A program made the position numbers and the translations under genes. Shown piece by piece: positions 43,898-52,582 of a DNA stretch of 64,000 bases. Position 1 is the first letter of the stretch, and each line of letters starts with the position of its first letter. The stretch is taken from the NCBI GenBank assembly GCA_963788655.1, contig CAWBHS010000078.1, positions 1-64,000 on the forward strand, in the 5' to 3' direction. The notes beneath the pieces are model-generated. The model saw nothing but the letters and a program-made list of their open reading frames with translations, had not been told where the DNA came from and made no database searches. The DNA is from an uncultured Verrucomicrobiae bacterium. Lineage in GTDB: Bacteria > Verrucomicrobiota > Verrucomicrobiia > Limisphaerales > JAFGQR01.

Positions 43898-44326
43898 TCA
43901 CTCTCTTTTCTTTCTGGCCGGCTTCGATGGCATCGCCTCAGTTTCGCGGATGATGCGTGCGGTGGCTCCGAACAACAAGTCACGCACTCCCCATACCGTG
44001 CCGTTGGTGCCGACACCTTCGTAACGAACAAACAACCAACCTGGATGAACGGTGATGGGCTTGCCCTCGTTCGCGGCAGGATCCCAGCGATACGTGTTCC
44101 AGCCGACGCGGGTGTAACTGCCGTCAGGGCTAGGACTGTCAAGGCCATGGTAAAAGATGACCCGGCCGTCGGCGTATCGGACGAAGGCGTGCAGGTCGCA
44201 CAGGTGGTAGGTGAGGTAGCCGGTCCAGTTACCTCGGAGCGGAATCGGAAGGACGAGCCGACACAGCACAAGAAACCCGATGGCAGTAAAGGCCAATTTT
44301 AGTCTGCGTTTTGCGACCGGTTTCAT
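43898..44326 (-). CDS. Cassette ORF, N-terminally anchored hypothetical protein
   Basis: ATG 6 bp after GTTCGGC; basic then hydrophobic N-terminus. Confidence 0.7.
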   Translation of the reverse strand: MKPVAKRRLKLAFTAIGFLVLCRLVLPIPLRGNWTGYLTYHLCDLHAFVRYADGRVIFYHGLDSPSPDGSYTRVGWNTYRWDPAANEGKPITVHPGWLFVRYEGVGTNGTVWGVRDLLFGATARIIRETEAMPSKPARKKRE

Positions 44327-44332
44327 TTTTCC

Positions 44333-44457
44333 GCCGAACGCGAAGCTCACCCACAGCCGCCGGAGCGAGGCGTCCGCAGCGAATCGGGCGTCTGCATTTC
44401 CGGGGACGGTGGGAACTGGCAGGGCGGGCGGCTGTTGGGTGTAGCGTCTGGTTCGGC
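44333..44457 (-). other. attC site
   Basis: GCCGAAC...GTTCGGC, 125 bp. Confidence 0.85.
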
Positions 44458-44709
44458 ATTCCGATTCCGACTCCGCAGCCGGCAGCCGGCCCCGACGAAA
44501 AAACCAAGGACTGCAAACAGGAACAAGATGACAGCAATACTCCTGATCGCATCTCCAGGCTCCCTGGCACTCATGCTTAGCACCTCAGCAACCCTCCGGA
44601 GCCCGACCAGACAAACCGCAATGCCCAAGACAGCAGCAATGAGCGCACCGGTCAATCCAGTCCAGATGACTGATCGAAGACTTGCTTTGTTGTGCGAGAA
44701 TTGTGACAT
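44347..44709 (-). CDS. Cassette ORF, 2-TM protein reading through its attC
   Basis: Hydrophobic helices; C-terminal AEPDATPNSRPP...SGGCG is translated attC. Confidence 0.7.
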   Translation of the reverse strand: MSQFSHNKASLRSVIWTGLTGALIAAVLGIAVCLVGLRRVAEVLSMSAREPGDAIRSIAVILFLFAVLGFFVGAGCRLRSRNRNAEPDATPNSRPPCQFPPSPEMQTPDSLRTPRSGGCG

Positions 44710-44722
44710 GGCTCCGTCTTAC

Positions 44723-44848
44723 GCCGAACGCAAAGGATCACCGACCGCCGCCGGAAACGGGCGGTGGCAGCGAATCCAGCGTCCGAATAACGCGGTCAGC
44801 CCGAACTGAAGCGCGGGGCGGTGGTTCGTGTGCATCCGCTTGTTAGCC
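44723..44848 (-). other. attC site
   Basis: GGCTAAC...GTTCGGC, 126 bp; close relative of 43758-43883. Confidence 0.85.
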
Positions 44849-44861
44849 ATTCCGCGTCTCA

Positions 44862-45224
44862 TCAGTTCAAAATGTCGGCGACGCGTGCCGTGGCGAGATG
44901 GCCACAGACGCCACACGCCAGCAACACCAGTATGCCGAAGGAAACAAAGATGACCAGTCTCCGTCGCGGCGACCATGAAACGGTAACGGGGCTGGCCAAT
45001 AAGACACCACCAACCGTCAAGCAGCCAAAGCTCGTGAACGCTGTCGGCAAGGTGAAAGCTGAACAAACTTCGCCGAAAGTCGCTGGCGTCGGAAATCCTC
45101 CTCGGTAAAACGCGCCCTGGAGCCAGACGCCAAACAAGCCGCCGATCGTCGTGACCACTCCCAGTACCAGAATAATCCATGAGAGGATCTTCCGGTCGCG
45201 CGCAGTTATGGAGAGCGTGCTCAT
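44862..45224 (-). CDS. First cassette ORF, 3-TM membrane protein
   Basis: ATG immediately after GTTAGCC. Confidence 0.7.
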   Translation of the reverse strand: MSTLSITARDRKILSWIILVLGVVTTIGGLFGVWLQGAFYRGGFPTPATFGEVCSAFTLPTAFTSFGCLTVGGVLLASPVTVSWSPRRRLVIFVSFGILVLLACGVCGHLATARVADILN

Positions 45225-45308
45225 GGCTAACGCTGTTTAGGCGTACCAACGGGTGAAATAACAGAATTAGGCAGAAAAAAGTTACCTTTTACCCTGTTAG
45301 GCAGAAAA
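45225..45308 (-). other. attI-like site
   Basis: GCCTAAACAGCGTTAGCC core; plus-strand TTAGGC at 45237, 45267 and 45297; no attC-like hairpin. Confidence 0.55.
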
Positions 45309-45544
45309 TCAGTTTCCATAGGAGCAAAGGAATACTTCGTCTGCACAACAAGTCAACTCCGTAGTTAAGTGGTTACGGTCATTCGGTTCCTCTTCAGACG
45401 CTCCCGAAGTTTCCCCGATGCTTGCCTCGGCTTTGAAGGCTTCCGCGCGTTCGCCGGCAACGGTGTTGCCAATGACGCAACTGCCGGGAAAATCAGTCGT
45501 GAAATACGCTTTGCTTGGCGCGGGGCATTTGTTTCCATCGCTTC

Positions 45545-46306
45545 ATGTCAACTGTGAAGCTGCCAACCATGGTCCGTTACTGCGACCGGATGCTGCGCCC
45601 GGATCAGGTCCAGGATTGGGACGGGGCCGTAAACGGCCTGCAAGTCGAGAATGCGGGGCCAGTGAAACGCCTCGCCGCCGCCGTGGACGCCAGTCTGGCC
45701 ACTGTCCAAATGGCCGCGGACGCCCAGGCGGATTTGCTGCTCGTTCATCATGGATTGTTTTGGTCGGCCCGCCAGCCCTGGACCGGCAAGAACTATGCGT
45801 TGCTCCGGTTGCTGCTCGATCACCACTTGGCGGTGTATAGCTCGCACTTGCCGCTGGACCGGCACCCTCGGTTCGGCAACAACGCGCTGTTGGCTGCCGC
45901 CCTCGGTTTCCAGCGACGGCAACCGTTCTTCTTTGACCGCGGGCAGTATCTCGGTTTCCAGGTCCAGGCCAACCTTCGTCGCGACGTGCTGGCCAAACGC
46001 TTGCACCAAGCCACCGGTGCGGAACCGCGAGTGGTGCCCGGCGGCCCGGCCGTGTGCCGGCGCATCGGGATTGTCACGGGTGGGGCTGGCGCCGAACTGA
46101 AGCTGGCCGCGAGTGAAGGCGTGGATACGTTCATCACCGGCGAAGGGCCGCATTGGACGTATGCGTTGGCGGAAGAATTGGGGATCAACGTGCTGTATGG
46201 CGGCCATTACGCGACGGAAACGTTCGGCGTCAAAGCCCTCGCCGAACATCTTGCCGAAAAGTTTAAGCTCTCGTGGGTGTTCCTGGATCATCCCACAGGG
46301 CTTTGA
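45545..46306 (+). CDS. Nif3-like dinuclear metal centre protein
   Basis: NGLQVEN, VHHGLFW, SHLPLD.HP, GHYATE. Confidence 0.93.
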   Translation: MSTVKLPTMVRYCDRMLRPDQVQDWDGAVNGLQVENAGPVKRLAAAVDASLATVQMAADAQADLLLVHHGLFWSARQPWTGKNYALLRLLLDHHLAVYSSHLPLDRHPRFGNNALLAAALGFQRRQPFFFDRGQYLGFQVQANLRRDVLAKRLHQATGAEPRVVPGGPAVCRRIGIVTGGAGAELKLAASEGVDTFITGEGPHWTYALAEELGINVLYGGHYATETFGVKALAEHLAEKFKLSWVFLDHPTGL

Positions 46307-46386
46307 AAGACTGTGCAAAGACGATGTGCATCCTCACTTTGCGGATGAGTTTGGTCCGGTTGGGGAGGAATCAATAGAATGTTCGC

Positions 46387-47436
46387 GTGAAAGAAACGAT
46401 CCGTCACCGTGCGTTGGAGCTTGGCTTTGATGCCTGTCGTTTTACGACGGCGGAAGCACCGGAATCCGCTTCGCATTTGCAGCGCTGGCTCGAGGCCGGC
46501 CGACAGGGAGAAATGGCCTACCTGCAACGCACCGCCGCCAAACGCAACAATCCCCAACTGGTGCTGCCGGGAGCGCGGAGCGTGATCACCCTGGCGGTCT
46601 CGTATGCGCGCGACCCGAGCACCGCGACGACGAATTTGGAATCATCGCGCCCGTTTCCCGGCGTCATTGCCCGTTACGCCCGGTTTGACGATTATCACGA
46701 CGTGCTGGCGGGGCCGCTGAAAGAACTGAGCCAACTGGTGAACACCCTCGGCGGCGACGAAACGCGCTCGTTATGGTATGTCGATACCGGACCACTCCTG
46801 GAACGCGACCTGGCGCAACGGGCGGGACTCGGATTCGTAGGCAAGCACACCAACCTCATCAGCCGGTCCCTGGGAAACTGGTTCTTTTTGGCGGAAATCA
46901 TCACCACCCTCGAATTGCCACCGGACGCGCCGGAGAAGAACCATTGCGGCAACTGCACTCGCTGTATCCCGGCGTGCCCGACCGGAGCCATCCTTGGCCC
47001 GTTTCAACTCGACGCCCGGTTGTGCATCTCCTACCTGACGATCGAATTGAAAGGGGCCATTCCGGTGGAACTGCGTCCGTTGATGGGCAATCGCATTTTT
47101 GGCTGCGACGATTGCCTGGCGGCGTGCCCATGGAATCGGTTTGCGCACGCGGGACGATTGCTTGAATCCCACGCCCACACCGACCTGGCCCAGCCGGATT
47201 TGCTCGAATTATTGCAACTTGATGAGCCCGCATTGCGCCAACGGTTTCGGGGCACTCCCATCCTGCGCAGCAAGCGCCGCGGACTGCTCCGCAATGTCTG
47301 CGTGGCCCTGGGCAACGTGGGTGATGCCACCGCCTTGCCAGCGTTGCGCGAAGCCGCCAGCGATTCCGAGCCGCTGATTGCGGAGCATGCCCGTTGGGCG
47401 GTGCAACGCCTCGAGGAAAGGCTGGGCGGACAATAA
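46387..47436 (+). CDS. queG: tRNA epoxyqueuosine reductase
   Basis: YVDTGPLLER, CGNCTRCIPACPTGA, CISYLTIE, FGCDDC..ACPWN. Confidence 0.95.
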   Translation: MKETIRHRALELGFDACRFTTAEAPESASHLQRWLEAGRQGEMAYLQRTAAKRNNPQLVLPGARSVITLAVSYARDPSTATTNLESSRPFPGVIARYARFDDYHDVLAGPLKELSQLVNTLGGDETRSLWYVDTGPLLERDLAQRAGLGFVGKHTNLISRSLGNWFFLAEIITTLELPPDAPEKNHCGNCTRCIPACPTGAILGPFQLDARLCISYLTIELKGAIPVELRPLMGNRIFGCDDCLAACPWNRFAHAGRLLESHAHTDLAQPDLLELLQLDEPALRQRFRGTPILRSKRRGLLRNVCVALGNVGDATALPALREAASDSEPLIAEHARWAVQRLEERLGGQ

Positions 47437-47770
47437 ATCCGAAGACCGAAGGTCAAAATCTGAAAGACTGTAAACTACAGGGCGCGGTGGTAAGACGAGA
47501 CTCCGTCGAGCCCTGATTTCTCCGCAGCGCTATCGCAGTCCCGGCAGCGTAAATGTGGGAAGCCTTTGGCCGTTCGAAACACCAGGAACTTCCCTTTAGT
47601 CGCGTTTGCACTTTCGAACGCCTTTGGAAGAATCAGGGCTCGACGGAGTCTCGCCCTACCATCTGATATTGAGACCTCGAAGGTGTGGGGTGTGCGCAAG
47701 AACCATTTCGGGCCTCGGATTTCGGACTTCGGTTTTCTTTCGGATTTTGGATTCCGCGCTTCGGAATTTG
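47436..47770. repeat. TTCGGA-type heptamer inverted-repeat element enclosing a REP doublet
   Basis: ATCCGAAGACCGAAGG left arm; TTCGGGCCTCGGATTTCGGACTTCGG right arm. Confidence 0.6.
47489..47660. repeat. 172-bp REP-doublet element (inverted homologue of 33523-33694)
   Basis: Same terminal palindromes; interior alignable in reverse orientation. Confidence 0.85.
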
Positions 47771-47831
47771 CCCTCGTTCCTTGACTTTGGTCCGGTGCCT
47801 CAGCAGCTTATGCCCACAACAAAAGGCAATA

Positions 47832-49103
47832 ATGCAAAAGAACGATTCAATCGACACGCTCATCATCGGCGCCGGACCCGCCGGAGCCGCCGCCGCCGCG
47901 GTGCTGGCCGAACACGGACACCGGGTCCTCGTGCTGGAACGGGAAAAGTTGCCGCGCTACCGCGTGGGCGAATCGATGGTCCCATTTACCTATTACCCGT
48001 TGGAACGGCTGGGGCTGATTGAAAAGATGCGCCAGTCGGCGTTCGTGAAAAAATACAGCGTCCAGTTTGTTACGCCGGGTGGCAAGGCCAGTCATCCCTT
48101 CTATTTTTTCAGCCGGTATGATCGCGACACCGTGGCGCAAACCTGGCAGGTGTTGCGCTCGGAATTCGACCAACTGCTGGTGGACAACGCCCGCCAACGC
48201 GGCGCGGTGATTCGCGAAGAAGTCGCGGTCAAAGAATTGCTGAAAGAGGGCGGCCGCGTCGTTGGCGTTCGTGCCGAAGACCGCGACGGTCGCCTGACTG
48301 ACTACCGCGCACCGATCACGTTGGACTGTTCGGGCAAGGAGGCGTTCGCCGCAGTGCGGGAGAACTGGCGGATGAAAGATCCGCGCCTTAACAACCTGGC
48401 GGTGTGGACGTATTACGAGGGCGCCATGCGCGACGAGGGTATCAATGCCGGCGCCACCACCATTGCCATGATTCCGGAACGCGCTTGGTTTTGGTACATC
48501 CCGCAGCACAATGACCGGGTGAGCGTCGGCGTGGTGGGCGAAGGCAAATACTTGACCCGCGATGGGGTGAAAACACCGGAAGCCATTTTCCAGCGGGAGA
48601 TGGAACAAGCCGCGTGGGTGAAGGATCACCTCGCACCGGGACGGCAGACGGGGCCATATTACCTGACCAACGAATACACGTTTCACGCCAAGCATTGCGG
48701 TGCCGAGGGGCTGCTGCTGGTCGGTGACGCTTTCTGTTTTCTGGATCCGGTGTTCTCTTCCGGCCTGCTCCTGGCTTTGAAGACCGGGGTCATGGCGGGC
48801 GAGGCGGTGCATGAAGCGATCCAGGCAAAGGACTTCCACCCCGCGCGGTTCGCCGATTACGCTGCCAGCGCGCGGCAGGGGATCGAAAACATGCGCAAAC
48901 TGGTCTATGCATTTTACGATCCCGAGTTCAGTTTTCGCCGGGTGATCGAGAAACATCCCAACCTGGCCAACGACATCACGGATTGTCTCTCCGGTGACGT
49001 GAATAAAGATTTTTCGTGCTTGTGGGAAGCCGTTGCTGAAATCGTCGAAGTGCCCGAAAACTTGCCCTACGGCGCGCCGTTGTCAGCCAAGGGTATGCAG
49101 TGA
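47832..49103 (+). CDS. FAD-dependent oxidoreductase, flavin-dependent halogenase-like
   Basis: GAGPAG, PRYRVGES, WFWYIP, GDAFCFLDPVFSSG. Confidence 0.85.
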   Translation: MQKNDSIDTLIIGAGPAGAAAAAVLAEHGHRVLVLEREKLPRYRVGESMVPFTYYPLERLGLIEKMRQSAFVKKYSVQFVTPGGKASHPFYFFSRYDRDTVAQTWQVLRSEFDQLLVDNARQRGAVIREEVAVKELLKEGGRVVGVRAEDRDGRLTDYRAPITLDCSGKEAFAAVRENWRMKDPRLNNLAVWTYYEGAMRDEGINAGATTIAMIPERAWFWYIPQHNDRVSVGVVGEGKYLTRDGVKTPEAIFQREMEQAAWVKDHLAPGRQTGPYYLTNEYTFHAKHCGAEGLLLVGDAFCFLDPVFSSGLLLALKTGVMAGEAVHEAIQAKDFHPARFADYAASARQGIENMRKLVYAFYDPEFSFRRVIEKHPNLANDITDCLSGDVNKDFSCLWEAVAEIVEVPENLPYGAPLSAKGMQ

Positions 49104-49115
49104 CTGCAAGGATTT

Positions 49116-50492
49116 TCAATTTCGCAGTTCCGTGCGAGGTGGCGTTTGCCCGGTGCGCGCCTGACGGAATTTGTCTTCGAGATTCATTACCATGAGATGG
49201 CGTTGGGCCGCGAAGGCTTGGGGAGACTCGGGATGTTCCCGCACCAATTGTTCGAGCAATTGCCTGCCGGTGGTTTCGTCGCGACGAAAACGCAAGTGCC
49301 ACCCGGCCAGCAATTGCAACCATTCGGCGACTTTGGCCGCCGGCTGATTCGGCATGCCCAGCAGCAGTTCAACCTGTTCAATGGCGGGATCGATTTTGCC
49401 CAGGTCCTCGGCGAAAATGCGGGCCAGATCCTCCCGCGCCGGAACGTCGTCCGGATTCAGTCGGAGCTTTTCCACCCGCTGATTGGCACGGGCAATGGCT
49501 TGGTCGCGGCTGGTCGTTGGTTCGTCCGGCTCGGCCTCCGGATTCGCGCGCAGGGCTGGCAGGCGAATCCGTTTGCCCTGTCGTTGTTCCAGCAGTTCCT
49601 CCCGAGTGGCGGGCAGCAGGTTTATCCGTTGGCGTGCCATCAGGCTGACGTGCAGGTCGGGAAACAGATCACAAATAAACTGGAGCGTGCGCCGGGCGGC
49701 CACCGGATCGTTACCCAATTCCAATTGCCAATCGGCCAGGCGATTCAGGGCCACGCCGACCTCGGAAGGATTTGGGTTGGGCTGGAGGCAGAGATCAAGC
49801 ACCGCTTGCTCGGCGGACGCCAGATCGTGGAAATGTTTCGCGTAGAGTTCCGCCAACATCATCCAGCCCGCGAAATCGTTCTCCGCGGTTTCCAACTGAC
49901 GAATGATTTCCCACTCGGCCTCGGTGAATTTGCCGAATTTCATGCTGGCAATGGCGCGGGAATACGCCGGTGGGGGAGGGGGAGAAGGTTGTTCGCGCAG
50001 CAATACGTGAGTCACCGGCCCCAGCCAGACGGCCGCCGCGAGCCCCGCGCCGCCCCAGCCGGTCGAAAAGAACAGCACCAGCGCCACCGGAGCCAGCAGC
50101 ACACTCCACAAGCCGGCCGCGAGCAGCATATCCTTCCGTTGGCGGGAATGAATCACCACTTCGACCGCCAGCCAACCGCAGGTCACGGCCAACCAGTAGG
50201 TCGCAATGACCAGGGAAACAGCCGCGGAGCTGCGGGCCAGTCGCGTCAGCCAGTCCCAACTGCCCCACGGCATTTGCGCCGTCGTTGGCACCATCAGCGG
50301 CGGCAACCCGGGCAGAAGTCCGGAATTGAGCGCCAGCCAGGCCAGCACGGGGAAGCCGAGTCCTTTGAGCACCCAAGGCAGATACCAGCGTTTCAAGCGG
50401 GCGGGATCCGTGCCATCAAGCCGCTGCCACAGCATGTAACCCATCCCCACCGGGACGAAGCAGCAAGCCCAGGCTAGCAATAAAGCAATCAT
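49116..50492 (-). CDS. Membrane protein with C-terminal TPR-like domain
   Basis: About 5 TM helices then helical repeats (YSRAIA...EAE...). Confidence 0.7.
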   Translation of the reverse strand: MIALLLAWACCFVPVGMGYMLWQRLDGTDPARLKRWYLPWVLKGLGFPVLAWLALNSGLLPGLPPLMVPTTAQMPWGSWDWLTRLARSSAAVSLVIATYWLAVTCGWLAVEVVIHSRQRKDMLLAAGLWSVLLAPVALVLFFSTGWGGAGLAAAVWLGPVTHVLLREQPSPPPPPAYSRAIASMKFGKFTEAEWEIIRQLETAENDFAGWMMLAELYAKHFHDLASAEQAVLDLCLQPNPNPSEVGVALNRLADWQLELGNDPVAARRTLQFICDLFPDLHVSLMARQRINLLPATREELLEQRQGKRIRLPALRANPEAEPDEPTTSRDQAIARANQRVEKLRLNPDDVPAREDLARIFAEDLGKIDPAIEQVELLLGMPNQPAAKVAEWLQLLAGWHLRFRRDETTGRQLLEQLVREHPESPQAFAAQRHLMVMNLEDKFRQARTGQTPPRTELRN

Positions 50493-50672
50493 GTTACCGG
50501 CGCACGCCAGTGAATGGACCGTCCGTGCGCGACTGACTCACGCGCGTTGAAGTTGTCCTCCGGTCCTTCATGCTGGTTGCCTTCAAGAGCCAAGCACAGT
50601 CCGGCGCGGTTTTCACGTTCTTTTGCCGATGGCGGCCAAGCGGTGTTCATTCCGTGGCTGGAGCGGCAATAA

Positions 50673-50944
50673 GAGCCTGTTTTAAAATTCGGCGTGGTCC
50701 TGTTTTCTCGGAAAAGGCCGGCTGGCGAGGCGCGACGAACGCGCATACCCGCCGCGGTCTGTAAGCGAGGAGCAACGAAGCCAGCCGGCCTTTTCCGAGA
50801 AAACCCGCAGGGCGGCGGGTCTTTTGAACGTGGGCTTCGTTGGCTCGATCCTTACAGCCCACTGCGGGGATGCGCGGACCGCGCCGCCTCGCCCGCGTCC
50901 AAAATCCCTCGCCGCAGGACCTCGCCCAATTTTAAAACAGGGTC
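50673..50944. mobile_element. MITE A (272 bp), IS5-like
   Basis: IR GAGCCTGTTTTAAAATT / AATTTTAAAACAGGGTC; TAA on both flanks; internal long hairpin. Confidence 0.8.
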
Positions 50945-50947
50945 TAA

Positions 50948-51141
50948 GCCGTGACTATTCAGTAGGACAGGCGTCCCGCCTGCCCCGAACGAGTGCAAAC
51001 CAACAACTTGTATCACGGCGCCGCGAGTATTTCTATGTCATCAAACGGTGAGGATGCCTTGGGCTATTCGAGACAGGCGAGACGCCTGTCCTACCACGCC
51101 GAACTGCCTCATCGCAGCACCAGCTACTGAATTGATACGGC
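50948..51141. mobile_element. MITE B (194 bp) carrying a GTAG REP doublet
   Basis: IR GCCGTGACTATTCAGTA / TACTGAATTGATACGGC; TAA flanks; homologue at 61244. Confidence 0.8.
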
Positions 51142-51374
51142 TAAGACGATCTGGCGTGGTTGGAATGGGGAGCGCGCCCGCCCCGGGCGCCGTGGGTGGC
51201 GCCTCGCCAACCACTTTCAAGCACTCCAAGTAGCGTACTATTCAGTGACGGCTCAGTCATCGGGCCAACCGAGGAGGGCGCGCCCCCTATTCTCTATTCC
51301 ACAGATAAGGCTTACCCGCATTCCAGACTCGACGGACTCTTCGGCTAACCGGTAGAACTCCTCCTGCAATTTTT

Positions 51375-51875
51375 ATGGCAACAAATGACAACCCGCTGGT
51401 CGGGATTATTATGGGCAGTCAATCGGACTGGGACGTGATGCAACATGCCGCCCGGCAACTGAAGGAACTGGGGGTGCCGCACGAAGTGCAGATTATTTCG
51501 GCGCATCGCACTCCCGATTTGCTGTTTGAGTATGCGTCGGGCGCCGCGGCGCGCGGCTTGGAAATCATTATTGCCGCCGCTGGCGGGGCCGCCCACCTGG
51601 CCGGCGTGACGGCGGCCAAGACCGTCCTGCCCGTATTGGGGGTGCCGATGGAGTCCAAAGCTCTCCACGGCATGGACTCACTACTGTCCATGGTGCAAAT
51701 GCCCGGCGGTGTTCCGGTGGGCACCCTGGCCATCGGTAAATCCGGGGCCATCAATGCCGCGCTGTTGGCGACCGCAATTTTGGGGAATAAACATCCGCAA
51801 CACCGGGCGGCATACGAAGCGTTCCGTCAGAAGCAAACGGCCCGCGGTTTGGAGAACCGGATGCCACCGGGTTAG
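51375..51875 (+). CDS. purE: N5-CAIR mutase
   Basis: [29 protein letters not shown]. Confidence 0.97.
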   Translation: MATNDNPLVGIIMGSQSDWDVMQHAARQLKELGVPHEVQIISAHRTPDLLFEYASGAAARGLEIIIAAAGGAAHLAGVTAAKTVLPVLGVPMESKALHGMDSLLSMVQMPGGVPVGTLAIGKSGAINAALLATAILGNKHPQHRAAYEAFRQKQTARGLENRMPPG

Positions 51876-51949
51876 GACTGAACTCAGCCGGCTCATATTT
51901 TTCCGCTTTCTTTAGGGGCGAACATCCGGCATTTTGCGCTCTGCTATTT

Positions 51950-52582
51950 ATGTTTGGAATTAAGTTATCCTCCCTGGCGGTATTGTTGGGATTGGTGGTG
52001 GCGCTGGTCAATGGCTGGGGATTGTGGAATCCCGTGGCGTTCAAGACGGCGGCACGCAAGTTTCCGCGTCACACGCAGTTGGGCGTATGGCTCATGGTCA
52101 TTGCCACGGCATGGTTTCTTTACAATTTGAGCCTGGAAGAGGTTTCCGATTTCGTCAGCTTCAAGCCCGCCTTGTATGCCTTGTTCGCCGGGGTGGGCAT
52201 CGGCACTTGCATTTTTGTGCGCGACTTTCTGCCGATTCGGGCATTGGCCGTCCTGTTTCTGTTGCTGGGCAAGTTGATGGTGGATACTGCCCGGTGGGAA
52301 CGCACCGAGTGGCGCCTGGTAATCGTGATTTGGGCGTACGTGTGGATCATTGCGGGAATGTGGTTGACCATTTCGCCCTGGCGGCTGCGGGACTTCATCC
52401 ATTGGTCCACGGCGAATGACAATCGAATGCGGCTGATCTGCGGGCTGCGGGCCGGATTCGGCATCTTTGTGGTGCTGCTGGGATTGACCACGTTCCGTGT
52501 GTCGGAACATTCCCAACCCGCAACTGCCACGATCGGCCGTCCGGTGATCATTGCCGCAGCGCCCGGCCTTCCGACCTTGTGA
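51950..52582 (+). CDS. Integral membrane protein
   Basis: About 6 TM segments; overlaps the GT9 start. Confidence 0.75.
   Translation: MFGIKLSSLAVLLGLVVALVNGWGLWNPVAFKTAARKFPRHTQLGVWLMVIATAWFLYNLSLEEVSDFVSFKPALYALFAGVGIGTCIFVRDFLPIRALAVLFLLLGKLMVDTARWERTEWRLVIVIWAYVWIIAGMWLTISPWRLRDFIHWSTANDNRMRLICGLRAGFGIFVVLLGLTTFRVSEHSQPATATIGRPVIIAAAPGLPTL

Larger units (their letters stand above)
40328..45308 (-). mobile_element. Integron gene-cassette array lacking an integrase gene in the window (CALIN-like)
   Basis: Co-oriented short ORFs, each starting just after GTT-type cores and separated by 90-126 bp imperfect palindromes; TA cassette; attI-like site. Confidence 0.85.

Noticed and set aside
42781..44848. 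Spaced repeats as a CRISPR array
   Set aside because: Repeats are 90-126 bp, imperfect and separated by whole ORFs; no cas genes; attC fits better.
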